DNA of 64,000 bases from Phycisphaerae bacterium (GTDB taxonomy: Bacteria > Planctomycetota > Phycisphaerae > UBA1845 > Fen-1342). The DNA is taken from positions 416,001-480,000 of the forward strand of contig CAXXWX010000019.1 of the NCBI GenBank assembly GCA_963675745.2, written 5' to 3'. The notes beneath the pieces were generated by a model, which was not told the origin of the DNA, ran no database searches, and saw only the letters and a list, made by a program, of their open reading frames with translations. Below are positions 30,001-37,691 of this stretch, piece after piece. How positions within the stretch are numbered: position 1 is the first letter of the stretch; the number at the start of each line of letters is the position of its first letter. Both the position numbers and the translations under genes were made by a program.

Positions 30001-30764
30001 ACAACCGCTTTCTCACCGCTGGCCTGGTTTTGCTCGCCGCCGCCGACGGTCGCCGCCTGATGACTGGCCTCATTGTCGATACCCCCGCCAATCGTGGCAC
30101 ACCAGTTGCTAGCGCGGTTGCCAGTGCCGCCGCCCACTGTGGCGTATTTGGCTTCATCCGGCGCGCCGACGTCATCGCCCGCCAGGTTATTCAAACCACC
30201 GCCAACCGTGCCATGGTGATCCGTTACGCGGTTGGTCAGACCGGCTTCGCCGCCGCCACCAACGGTTGCACCGACGACACCCGCGGTGGCGCTGTTCCCG
30301 CTGAAGCCGCCGATCAGGTTGGGGCACGTGACGTTCTGCTGTGTCCAGAGGCCGGGTAGCGCGAGCGCGTAAGGTGCCGGCGTCAGTTTCTGACGCGGGC
30401 TGAGTGTCGTATACGGCTGCGCGTCATTCGGATCGTGCGGGCTGCGCACTGAGATTCCCAGCCAGCGCGCGTCGCCCGTGAACACATCGGCGCCAAAATC
30501 GAGCTTGACCGTAAACAGGCCGCTGGTGACATTGTGATTGCCGAGTGTGATCGTCGCCCCCACGACGTAGTTGGGGTCCGCGCTGTTCGGGTCGGCCCAC
30601 AGCGTAAACTTGAGATCGGCGGTCCCGGTGAGCGGATTACCGCCCTGCTTGAGTTGCCCCTGGTAAGTGAAGGCCGTGCCCATAGGCGTTTGCGCCTGGA
30701 GCAGCCCAGGTGTGGCGATTGCCGCCATAACGAGACCAATGGTCAGAATCCGTGCCGCTGACAT
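27003..30764 (-). CDS. Secreted Gly-rich repeat fibre/adhesin with C-terminal peptidase S74 intramolecular chaperone domain
   Basis: AGGAGG RBS before ATG 30764, signal peptide, TAFTYQGQL domain, many ATVGGGxxNxA repeats, SSDRNAKEN...WNY...HLGPVAQDF...ALAAIQGL and terminal coiled coil. Confidence 0.88.
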   Translation of the reverse strand: MSAARILTIGLVMAAIATPGLLQAQTPMGTAFTYQGQLKQGGNPLTGTADLKFTLWADPNSADPNYVVGATITLGNHNVTSGLFTVKLDFGADVFTGDARWLGISVRSPHDPNDAQPYTTLSPRQKLTPAPYALALPGLWTQQNVTCPNLIGGFSGNSATAGVVGATVGGGGEAGLTNRVTDHHGTVGGGLNNLAGDDVGAPDEAKYATVGGGTGNRASNWCATIGGGIDNEASHQAATVGGGEQNQASGEKAVVAGGGGNTATEVIATVAGGGGNDATADGATIGGGADNEASALKATVGGGANNIASGEYAVVAGGVGNIASADVSTVAGGGGNLANVDGATVGGGADNIASGVKATVAGGSYNHATADYATIAGGGPTNLGFPNDTNNHVYDNYGTIGGGGNNEVGSDDADPATDTFATIGGGQSNTANEGWATIGGGQNNAAGPHAAVGGGWSNYAKGPYGSIAGGYDNTVGGGNEEYAAVGGGNTNWANGRAATIPGGEQNEVWADYSFAAGRRAKVNHTGTFTWADSIDADFSSTGNNQFLIRAGGGVGVNTNNPAGYGMNVNGSVNATDLLINGVSVGGGTGGIGGGGTTNYLAKFTGATVIGDSVIYEDAVGDIGIGTTLPATKLDVAGTVRMTGIELPTGAQADYVLTSDSSGTGTWQPASGGNGWSLTGNQGTDPNSNYLGTTDHVALQLRVDGIPVLRLKPTLSIPNVIAGYAVNSVTDGVVGATISGGGQAAGQNRVMDDYGTVGGGANNRAGDDTLADADYATVGGGENNWAADDHATVAGGEQNTASQIWSTVGGGTENTASHIASTVSGGVQNIASGERSAIGGGVGNRAVVGWTTIAGGKSNWAGDPNNPSVNDEYATVGGGLSNKAFGGTIAGGYRNTAHGGAIGGGSDNEANADATVAGGYLNKALGNWSTVGGGQGCEAKASNATVGGGENNHAIGECATIAGGIHNWAGDPNDPNDTNPSDPNDGQYASVGGGYDNTAHGEYSTVPGGLWNVAKGKYSFAAGIQNTAKGTCGFALGAGNKAEGDWSFAAGRGARALHEGAFVWADSYDATYFDSQRADQFRVWASGGAAFNVNDAGWINIWVTGGDLITTSTGAHLTTGGAWTDSSDRNAKENFAPVDRQALLHVLADLPITSWNYRVEDSAVRHLGPVAQDFHAAFGLGRDDTHIASLDTAGVALAAIQGLYEIVQDQDAEIAAQSEQLAAQQEEITDLRDRLTRIESRLAELAGAQTGGAK

Positions 30765-31393
30765 TTTCTGCCTCCTGTGTAGAGATATGCGTTTCTGAAA
30801 CGGGTTCCTGCGGGCACGCGCCCGATTGCATGGCCCGCGACGGGCAGCCCGGGCCCGGCACAGCTCGGCTCCGCTGCCCTCTGCATCTGCGCTGTTGGTG
30901 TGATCGACCCGGGCGAGGTGTGGCGGTCCGCGACGTGAATCGCGATCAAATGATGGTGACGTGGCGTCGCATTCCAGACCGTCACCCCTCGTCATGGTCG
31001 CCACGTCAACGAATAGGCCGGAGTGTAACCGCTCACATGGCTCGCTCGTACGCAGGTTTTTTCCAGGGGCGCCGCGTGGATTCCGGACAGGCGCTCTCCT
31101 GGATCGCCCGGGACAGCCGCGCGGTCCGATGCGTTTCAGGCCGGCACGCTCATCGTGTTCGCTCGGACGCCTGGGTACAATTCGACGGCGCTCTGCGGTT
31201 TGGGCGGTTGGGATGCGCAGTCTTTGCGGCGGGGGACAAGTGAGTGCTCGCCGAGAGGCTAAGACCCGGGCCAGGAGTAAAGCCACGGCCCGGTCGCGCG
31301 GCGTCCGCAACGAATCATGATTCCATGGAACCTAAGGGCCCTCACCTGACCTATTGATGGTGGATGCACGTGTTTCACCAACGGACCCGCAAT

Positions 31394-31978
31394 ATGAGCG
31401 TCGCCAACATGACAACTTGCACGGCGGAAGCCGACTGGGCCCAGGCAGAAGCCGAAGCCGACCTCATCAAGCGGGCCAAACGCGACCGAAAAGCATTTGC
31501 CGGGCTGTATCGGCAACATTATGGCGCCATCGCACGTTACCTTTACCGCCGCACCGGTGACGTACACGCCGCCGAAGACCTCGTTGCCGACGTATTCCTG
31601 TCGGCGATGAAGCTGTTGCCACGTTATCGGTACCGCGGCGTTCCCTTTCGCTACTGGCTTTACAGGATTGCCACAAATGCGGCCAACCGTTGGGCTCGGC
31701 GGCGGCGCAGACACGCGCATCAGTCGCTGAGCAGTGACCCTGTCGCACCAGACGGCGCCGGTGACCCGGTGGTCATCAACGGCGTCAGCACCGACCAGGC
31801 GCAACGCGTCCTGCTTTCGTTGGCGCCGAAGCACCAGGCCGTCTTGACACTGCACTATCTGGAAGGATTGCGGATCGAGGAAATCGCCGCCGTTCTGGGC
31901 TGCCGGCTTGGAACGGTCAAGTCGAGGCTCAGTCGCGGGCGCCAGGCGCTGCGCGACCGGCTGAAGATACGGAGGTAA
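31394..31978 (+). CDS. ECF sigma-70 factor
   Basis: AEDLVADVFL, FRYWLYRIATN, LHYLEGLRIEEIA.VLG...GTVKSRLSRGR; start uncertain (31364, 31394 or 31409). Confidence 0.92.
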   Translation: MSVANMTTCTAEADWAQAEAEADLIKRAKRDRKAFAGLYRQHYGAIARYLYRRTGDVHAAEDLVADVFLSAMKLLPRYRYRGVPFRYWLYRIATNAANRWARRRRRHAHQSLSSDPVAPDGAGDPVVINGVSTDQAQRVLLSLAPKHQAVLTLHYLEGLRIEEIAAVLGCRLGTVKSRLSRGRQALRDRLKIRR

Positions 31979-31982
31979 GACC

Positions 31983-32474
31983 GTGAGCGGAGAACAGGAT
32001 CCAATCAGAAGCGCGCTACGGACGCTGCGGTCACGTGAATGGCACCAGGAAGATCATAAGCTCCAACTCGAGGAGAAACTCATGCAGGAATTCAGTAACA
32101 AACCCGCACCGTGGCGTATGGGTAATCACCCGGTGTTGCTCGCCATCATCGGCGTGTTGCTCGTCGGCAGCGTCGGTTTCGCCGCCACCGGTGGGATCAG
32201 CATGATCCACGACTGGTTCGTCAAGGTCTACATCAACGGCGAGGAGGTCGACAGCGAAGTCACCGAATACTACCAGGACCAGGACGGAACCGAGCACATG
32301 ACGCTCGACCTGGGAGGGGCCGGCGAGGCGCACCTCGAAATGGTCACCGAGGGCGATCAGCAGAAAACGCTGACCGTCGACCTGTCCGGCGGCGTGCCCG
32401 TGGCCGGCGATGGCGAAGTGGCGACCATCGAGCTCGAAGTAGCCGCCGAAAAGACCGACGCGGACGACGAGTAG
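31983..32474 (+). CDS. Putative membrane-anchored anti-sigma factor
   Basis: 4 nt after the sigma gene with GGAGGT RBS; short cytoplasmic N-terminus, one TM, acidic extracytoplasmic domain. Confidence 0.65.
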   Translation: MSGEQDPIRSALRTLRSREWHQEDHKLQLEEKLMQEFSNKPAPWRMGNHPVLLAIIGVLLVGSVGFAATGGISMIHDWFVKVYINGEEVDSEVTEYYQDQDGTEHMTLDLGGAGEAHLEMVTEGDQQKTLTVDLSGGVPVAGDGEVATIELEVAAEKTDADDE

Positions 32475-32503
32475 CAACCTCGACGGCCAGGCTCTGACAA
32501 CGG

Positions 32504-32545
32504 GCGACGCCTGGAATCCACGCGATTCCGGGCGTCGTTTTATTC
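32504..32545 (+). terminator. Rho-independent terminator
   Basis: GCGACGCCTGGAATC-cacgc-GATTCCGGGCGTCGT followed by TTTATTC. Confidence 0.75.
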
Positions 32546-32684
32546 TCTGAGTCTGCTCGGCCGGTTGATGGTTGGCGCCCCACCAGACGCGACGCGGACC
32601 GTCGTGGCTTGGATCGGCGGTTTCGGCGCGGTATGCTGAAGGCAGGGTCCTCGCACGCATATGTCCTGGGCAGGGAGCACAGCC

Positions 32685-34163
32685 ATGATCAGCCGCGCAC
32701 TCGTTTCGACGACGCTGTTTGCACTGGCGCTAAGCACATTAGCCAATGGCCAGACCACTTATTACGTCAACGGCGTCTGTGGCGATGACGCCTGGAGCGG
32801 GACCGATCCAAGCTGCGTCCCGCCAAACGGGCCCAAGGCGACGATCAGTGCGGCGATAGGCGTCGCCGCAGATCATGATGAGATAATCGTCGCACCGGGC
32901 ACGTATCCCGAGCTGATCAACACCGGCGGCCTGGCGATCACGCTGCGCAGCGCGGACGGTTCCGACGTGACGATCATCGACGGGCAGGGCGCCGGCACGG
33001 TCGTCACCTGCAACACTGACGAGGATCCGAACACCGTCATAGCCGGCTTCAAAATCATCGGCGGCGCGGGTGATCAGGGCGGCGGGATGCACATCGTCAA
33101 CAGCAGCCCCACCGTGATCCAATGCGCGTTCCTGGGTAATGCGGCCCAATACGGCGGCGGGCTGTTCAACCACCACGGCAGCCCCACGCTCATCGAATGC
33201 GCCTTTATCGAAAACACCGCCAGCGCTTCGGCCGGCGGCATGTACAACTACGGCTATCCCGGTCAGCCCAGCGCGACGTTGATCGACTGCGAGTTCAACG
33301 AGAACACCGCCGAGACCATAGGCGGCGGGATGCGCAACTGGGACAGCAGCCCCACACTCACGCGCTGCACCTTCTATTACAACCACGCCCGCTACAGCGG
33401 TGCCGGCGTGGCCAACGGCGGTGTCAGCAGCCCCGCCCTGACCAATTGCATGTTCCTCGCCAATCGCGCAGACGCGCTCTTCGGTGCATGGGACGCCCAC
33501 GGCGGTGGCATGTACAACGCCGAAGACAGCAGCCCGACGCTGGTAAGCTGCGCGTTTGTCAGCAACTCGGCCGTCGCTCTGCTCCCGGCCTTGAGCTATG
33601 GCGGGGCGCTGGCCAATGATGGCAACGCCGGCCCGCAACTGGTCAATTGCACGCTTAAGGCCAACCACGCCAACATCGGCGACGGCTTGCACAACGCGCA
33701 GAACAGCAACCCGACAGTGACAAGCTCCATCCTCTGGGACGGCGTCGACGAGGTTGTCGATGCCGACCTGGCGACAACTTTGATTACCTACTCCGCCGTG
33801 CAAGGTGGCTGGCCCGGCGTGGGCAACATTACTGATGATCCGCTCCTCGACGACACGCGCTTGCTGCCCGGCTCGCCCTGTATAAATACTGGTGATCCGA
33901 ACAGCGATCCCGCCGCCCCGCCCGACCTGGACGGCCACGCGCGCGTTCTATGCGGTCGCGTTGATATGGGGGCCTACGAGTTTGGCATTGGCGACTACAC
34001 CTGCGACCAGGTAATCGACACCGCCGATCTCGCCGGCTGGCCGACCTGCATGACCGGCCCCGACAATCCGCCCTACGGAGCGGGCTGTGAGACGCTTGAC
34101 TTCGAGTATGACCACGACGTCGACTTGGTCGACTTCGCGGCGTTTCAGGAATTGCCCGGCTGA
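32685..34163 (+). CDS. Secreted right-handed parallel beta-helix repeat protein with dockerin-like tail
   Basis: Signal peptide, YYVNG...DDAWSG, GGGM.N..SSPTL..C.F..N repeats, L.PGSPCINTG...DLDG..R....VDMGAYE, GDYTCD...D..D.DVDLVDF. Confidence 0.85.
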   Translation: MISRALVSTTLFALALSTLANGQTTYYVNGVCGDDAWSGTDPSCVPPNGPKATISAAIGVAADHDEIIVAPGTYPELINTGGLAITLRSADGSDVTIIDGQGAGTVVTCNTDEDPNTVIAGFKIIGGAGDQGGGMHIVNSSPTVIQCAFLGNAAQYGGGLFNHHGSPTLIECAFIENTASASAGGMYNYGYPGQPSATLIDCEFNENTAETIGGGMRNWDSSPTLTRCTFYYNHARYSGAGVANGGVSSPALTNCMFLANRADALFGAWDAHGGGMYNAEDSSPTLVSCAFVSNSAVALLPALSYGGALANDGNAGPQLVNCTLKANHANIGDGLHNAQNSNPTVTSSILWDGVDEVVDADLATTLITYSAVQGGWPGVGNITDDPLLDDTRLLPGSPCINTGDPNSDPAAPPDLDGHARVLCGRVDMGAYEFGIGDYTCDQVIDTADLAGWPTCMTGPDNPPYGAGCETLDFEYDHDVDLVDFAAFQELPG

Positions 34164-34208
34164 GCGGCCTTCGGCGCTACCATCAGCCGCTTGGCGGGTG
34201 CCGGTTTG

Positions 34209-34703
34209 TTATCCGCGGAACATGCTGTGGCACGCCGTACAGGTCGCCTGCATCTGATCGAGCGTGTTGGGCAGTTCGTCGGCGAGGTTGTTCTGGCCCT
34301 GCTGCTTGAGGGTCTGGGCCTGCTCGCGGAGCTTGTCGGTCAGGCTGGCGAATGTCGTTTGCTCTTTCGCTGTCAGGTCCAGCTCGGGCATGGCGAGCTT
34401 GAGCATATCCGCCGTATTGACCAGGTCATCCGAGACGGCGACGACTTCGCTGAGCAGCTTGGCGCGGTCGGCCTCGGTGTCGTGCTCCTGCGGCAGGCGT
34501 CCGAACGTCAGATCCTGGAGATCTCCCATCAACTCGTGCAGCCGATCGCTGTGGACGGCGTGGAGGGAAGCCTGATCGGTAGACGCCGCTCGGGACCGAT
34601 AACTCTCACGCGGCCCGGGAGCACACGACGTCGCCACCAGCACCGCTGACAGTAATACTGTGGGGATCACAACGGCAACAGCGATTCGCCGAGTTGATAA
34701 CAT
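34209..34703 (-). CDS. Cytochrome c'-type (four-helix, C-terminal CxxCH) lipoprotein
   Basis: AAGGAG RBS, ATSC lipobox, helical body, CTACH near the C-terminus. Confidence 0.75.
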   Translation of the reverse strand: MLSTRRIAVAVVIPTVLLSAVLVATSCAPGPRESYRSRAASTDQASLHAVHSDRLHELMGDLQDLTFGRLPQEHDTEADRAKLLSEVVAVSDDLVNTADMLKLAMPELDLTAKEQTTFASLTDKLREQAQTLKQQGQNNLADELPNTLDQMQATCTACHSMFRG

Positions 34704-34854
34704 CCGATATCTCCTTGCTGGTCGCGTGAACCGGTCCGTAGTTTGGGGTATTTTATTGCGCCTCGCGTGGACCGGCAATTCAGATTCACCGGCTTCCCAG
34801 TTGTGATCCGGGGCCGAATTGCCGATAGAAACCCTCCTAGGGAGCAGTTCTACG

Positions 34855-35913
34855 GTGTCATCGCATTCGCTGCCGCGGACGTTGGAATGGGTCGGTGATG
34901 CCGACGGAGTTCTGAACCTGCTTGACCAGACGCGTTTGCCCGCCGAGGTCGAGACGCGCGTCTGCCGAACGGCCGAGGATGTCTGGCAGGCAATAAAGGT
35001 GCTGGCCGTGCGTGGTGCTCCGGCGATCGGGGTTGCCGCGGCGTACGGGCTTTGCCTGGGCACGCGGGGTGATCAGGATCTCCCCGCGGACATGTTCAAA
35101 GAGCGCGTCAGCCAGGTCGGTGATTATCTGTGCGCGTGCCGGCCGACGGCGGTGAACCTGGCCTGGGCGGTTCGACGGGTCTCGCGCGCGGCGTTCGAGC
35201 GCGAGACACCGGATGCGCGTGCGATGTGGAGCACGATGCTGGATGAGGCACACACAATAGCTCGAGAAGATGCCGAGATATGTCGGCGGATTGGTGAGCA
35301 TGGTGCCGATCTGGTGCCGGCCGGCGGCGGCGTTCTCACACATTGCAATGCCGGGGCTCTGGCGACGGCGGCATACGGCACCGCCTTGTCGTTACTTTAT
35401 ATCGCCCATGAACGGGGCACGCAGTTTCGCGTGTTTGCCGATGAGACTCGGCCGTTACTTCAAGGGGCGCGGCTCACCGCGTTCGAACTGGCGACGAGCG
35501 GCATCGACGTTACGGTGATCTGCGATAGCGTCGCGCCGACGTTGATGCGGAACGGGGACGTGCAGATGGTGGTCGTCGGGGCGGACCGCATCGCGGCCAA
35601 CGGTGACGTGGCCAACAAGATCGGCACATATGGATTAGCGGTGGCGGCGCGCCATCACGACGTACCTTTTTATGTGGCCGCTCCGCGCAGTACGTTCGAC
35701 CTCGACCTCGCTGATGGAGCCGCGATCCCGATAGAAGAGCGCGATGAAGATGAAGTGAGAATGGGGTTCGGTCGGTTGACGGTTGCTCCGGGCGCGCACT
35801 GCTACAACCCGGCATTCGACGTCACCCCGGCCGAACTGGTCACAGGAATCGTCACGGAAAATGGGCTTCTGAAACCGGTTTCGGCTGGTGAAATCGGACG
35901 TTTTTTCGGTTGA
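34855..35913 (+). CDS. mtnA: S-methyl-5-thioribose-1-phosphate isomerase
   Basis: LLDQTRLP, VRGAPAIG, RPTAVNL, THCNAGALAT, ETRPLLQGARLT, GADRIAANGD and NPAFDVTP motifs. Confidence 0.95.
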   Translation: MSSHSLPRTLEWVGDADGVLNLLDQTRLPAEVETRVCRTAEDVWQAIKVLAVRGAPAIGVAAAYGLCLGTRGDQDLPADMFKERVSQVGDYLCACRPTAVNLAWAVRRVSRAAFERETPDARAMWSTMLDEAHTIAREDAEICRRIGEHGADLVPAGGGVLTHCNAGALATAAYGTALSLLYIAHERGTQFRVFADETRPLLQGARLTAFELATSGIDVTVICDSVAPTLMRNGDVQMVVVGADRIAANGDVANKIGTYGLAVAARHHDVPFYVAAPRSTFDLDLADGAAIPIEERDEDEVRMGFGRLTVAPGAHCYNPAFDVTPAELVTGIVTENGLLKPVSAGEIGRFFG

Positions 35914-35918
35914 AGGGG

Positions 35919-35946
35919 TTGCATTGGGTCGAGAAGCACGTACACT
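35919..35946 (+). promoter_or_regulatory. Sigma70-type promoter for the small-peptide array
   Basis: TTGCAT-16 nt-TACACT just after the mtnA stop. Confidence 0.5.
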
Positions 35947-36129
35947 TCCGCACTGGTTTTGCGGCGCGGTCATCAGATCTGAGAGTGCCCGTACACGGGT
36001 GAGTTCTCCAGTTATAGATCTTGATCCGGCCGTGGGTATTTCACTTGGGACAGTCGGTGCGTGGCCGGCTGTGGGTTGATGACTCTTGGTTTGGGTTATG
36101 GATTGAGTTTCTCTGTGAGGAGGCTCACG

Positions 36130-36264
36130 ATGCAGCAACGGATTTGGTTGAAGGGCGCACTGATCACAATGACGATCGGTAGCCTGGCGGCGTTAGCTGG
36201 CTGGGGTGATGGTTGCCTCAATGCCACGATTCAGCGTCTATTGGTCTCGTACGCATTTGATTGA
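36130..36264 (+). CDS. Small secreted/lipo-peptide A (44 aa)
   Basis: GAGGAGG RBS; MQQRIWLKGALITMTIGSLAALAGWGDG-CLNATIQRLLVSYAFD. Confidence 0.7.
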   Translation: MQQRIWLKGALITMTIGSLAALAGWGDGCLNATIQRLLVSYAFD

Positions 36265-36319
36265 TCAACGGGCGTTGTTCGCACACTAGGTACTCAGGCT
36301 GAAAATGGGAGAAACACGC

Positions 36320-36469
36320 ATGAAGCGAAGCATCAAATTGGCGCTAATGTCGCTGAGCACCGGTGCGGTCGCATTGGCACTCGGTGGCTGTGGCGGCTAC
36401 AACTGGTTCTGGCGTATGCTGGGTGACGCGGTTGGCGACACCTTCGCGTACAACATTTTCCTGGACTAG
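36320..36469 (+). CDS. Small secreted/lipo-peptide B (49 aa)
   Basis: GGGAG RBS; MKRSIKLALMSLSTGAVALALGG-CGGYNWFWRMLGDAVGDTFAYNIFLD; below the ORF-track cutoff. Confidence 0.75.
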   Translation: MKRSIKLALMSLSTGAVALALGGCGGYNWFWRMLGDAVGDTFAYNIFLD

Positions 36470-36556
36470 GGCACGATCGTAGTTAATCGCCAGACCACGT
36501 CGGCCGGATATAATCAGAGCCGGCCCGGCTGTCTGGAGATGCAGAGGAGATTCCAG

Positions 36557-36727
36557 ATGAAGAAAGCGAAATTGGTAGCTCTAAGCGCTATGCTGCTTGG
36601 TGGCGCCACGCTGTTCGAAGGCTGCGTATCGGCCTTTTGGCAGGGCCTGTGGAAGACCGGGTTCCCGGCCAACAACCAGTGGATCGACCTGACGCTCGAC
36701 ATCCTGCGTGAGGATCTGTTGAGCTAG
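36557..36727 (+). CDS. Small secreted/lipo-peptide C (56 aa)
   Basis: GAGGAG RBS; MKKAKLVALSAMLLGGATLFEG-CVSAFWQGLWKTGFPANNQWIDLTLDILREDLLS. Confidence 0.78.
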   Translation: MKKAKLVALSAMLLGGATLFEGCVSAFWQGLWKTGFPANNQWIDLTLDILREDLLS

Positions 36728-36888
36728 ATTTACGTCAGGCGGGGACGGCAGCGTTGACGCGCTGCGTCTTCCGGTCGCACCCCGCGTTTGACTTCAGTCG
36801 TAACGGTCGGGACAACCACACGGTAGGGGGCTGTGGCGCTTGCGTCCAGTCCACCAACGAAACCGTAGTAAGAACACGGAGATAAGCC

Positions 36889-37053
36889 ATGAAGAAGGCC
36901 TTTTACGTCAAGCTGATCGTCGGCGGCGCGCTTTTGCAGGCGACGGCGTTTGCGAGCGGCGCTTCGTGCCTAGGTACTCCGGTACAGGGCGCGCCGATCT
37001 ACATCGCCTCTGGCAATCTTGTCACGGCGCTTCAGAACCTTCTCGGTACGTAA
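36889..37053 (+). CDS. Small secreted/lipo-peptide D (54 aa)
   Basis: GGAG RBS; MKKAFYVKLIVGGALLQATAFASGAS-CLGTPVQGAPIYIASGNLVTALQNLLGT; below the ORF-track cutoff. Confidence 0.72.
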   Translation: MKKAFYVKLIVGGALLQATAFASGASCLGTPVQGAPIYIASGNLVTALQNLLGT

Positions 37054-37118
37054 GCACCGACGTCTGCCAAGGCGGATGTGGTTTTGTCCCGTCACGCCGT
37101 GTAACTGACGTCGACGAC

Positions 37119-37156
37119 GCGGGGCGCGTTTGCCAAGCAGACGCACCCCGCTTTCG
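37119..37156 (+). terminator. Probable intrinsic terminator after peptide D
   Basis: GCGGGGCGCGTTTGC-caa-GCAGACGCACCCCGC followed by TTTCG. Confidence 0.6.
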
Positions 37157-37371
37157 TGCGCGCCCACCGCGCACCAAGACGCCAACTTGCGGATACGCGG
37201 CATCGTGCCGGCTCGCCATGGGCCTGTCAGGTTGACGTGATCCGCAAGCGAGCGTCGTCGCGGGTGCTTGAGTATCGCGAATGGCGAGCAGCCCCGGTGG
37301 GCTGCGTTCAGGGCGGCCAGACGCATTGGCGTGGCCGCCGCCGTCACCACCTTGTTGTGGCGCCACCCCCC

Positions 37372-37400
37372 TTGTTCGGTCAGCCGGGGTTGCGTATACT
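37372..37400 (+). promoter_or_regulatory. Sigma70-type promoter for peptides E and F
   Basis: TTGTTC-17 nt-TATACT. Confidence 0.5.
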
Positions 37401-37449
37401 TCAGCACGACCAACGCGGTCACTGGTGCATAGCGTTAGTGGAGCTCGTG

Positions 37450-37689
37450 ATGTCGCAAACCAGACGAAAACTGATGGTCTTGGTCTTGATTCTCGGAGCA
37501 GGCACGATGTTTCAGGCGGTCGGTTCCGGCTGCCTCCAGTATTACACTTACGCCGCACTCGAGGGTATCAACTTCTGCTCGGTTCTGAACTGCGACTCGA
37601 GTACGTTCTTCAACCTGTGCAGCCCGGTTCCTCTCCTGGGCCGATTGTCCGACCACGGCCGGGGGCGGCGGCTGATAGCGCGAGGTTAG
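37450..37689 (+). CDS. Small Cys-rich secreted/lipo-protein E (79 aa as read; probable frameshift near 37638)
   Basis: GGAG RBS; MSQTRRKLMVLVLILGAGTMFQAVGSG-CLQYYTYAALEGINFCSVLNCDSSTFFNLCSPVPLL... Confidence 0.72.
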   Translation: MSQTRRKLMVLVLILGAGTMFQAVGSGCLQYYTYAALEGINFCSVLNCDSSTFFNLCSPVPLLGRLSDHGRGRRLIARG

Positions 37690-37691
37690 TG

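Noticed and set aside
30765..31310. N-terminal extension of the fibre ORF
   Set aside because: Arg-rich non-coding-like translation; the RBS and signal peptide indicate a start at 30764.
29193..33938. Long antisense ORFs 29193..30359 and 32739..33938, and similar ORFs throughout the window
   Set aside because: They overlap well-supported genes on the opposite strand, as expected from high-GC codon bias, and show no motifs.
34704..34854. SAM-type riboswitch upstream of mtnA
   Set aside because: No recognisable SAM-I or SAM-II consensus in the short divergent intergenic region.
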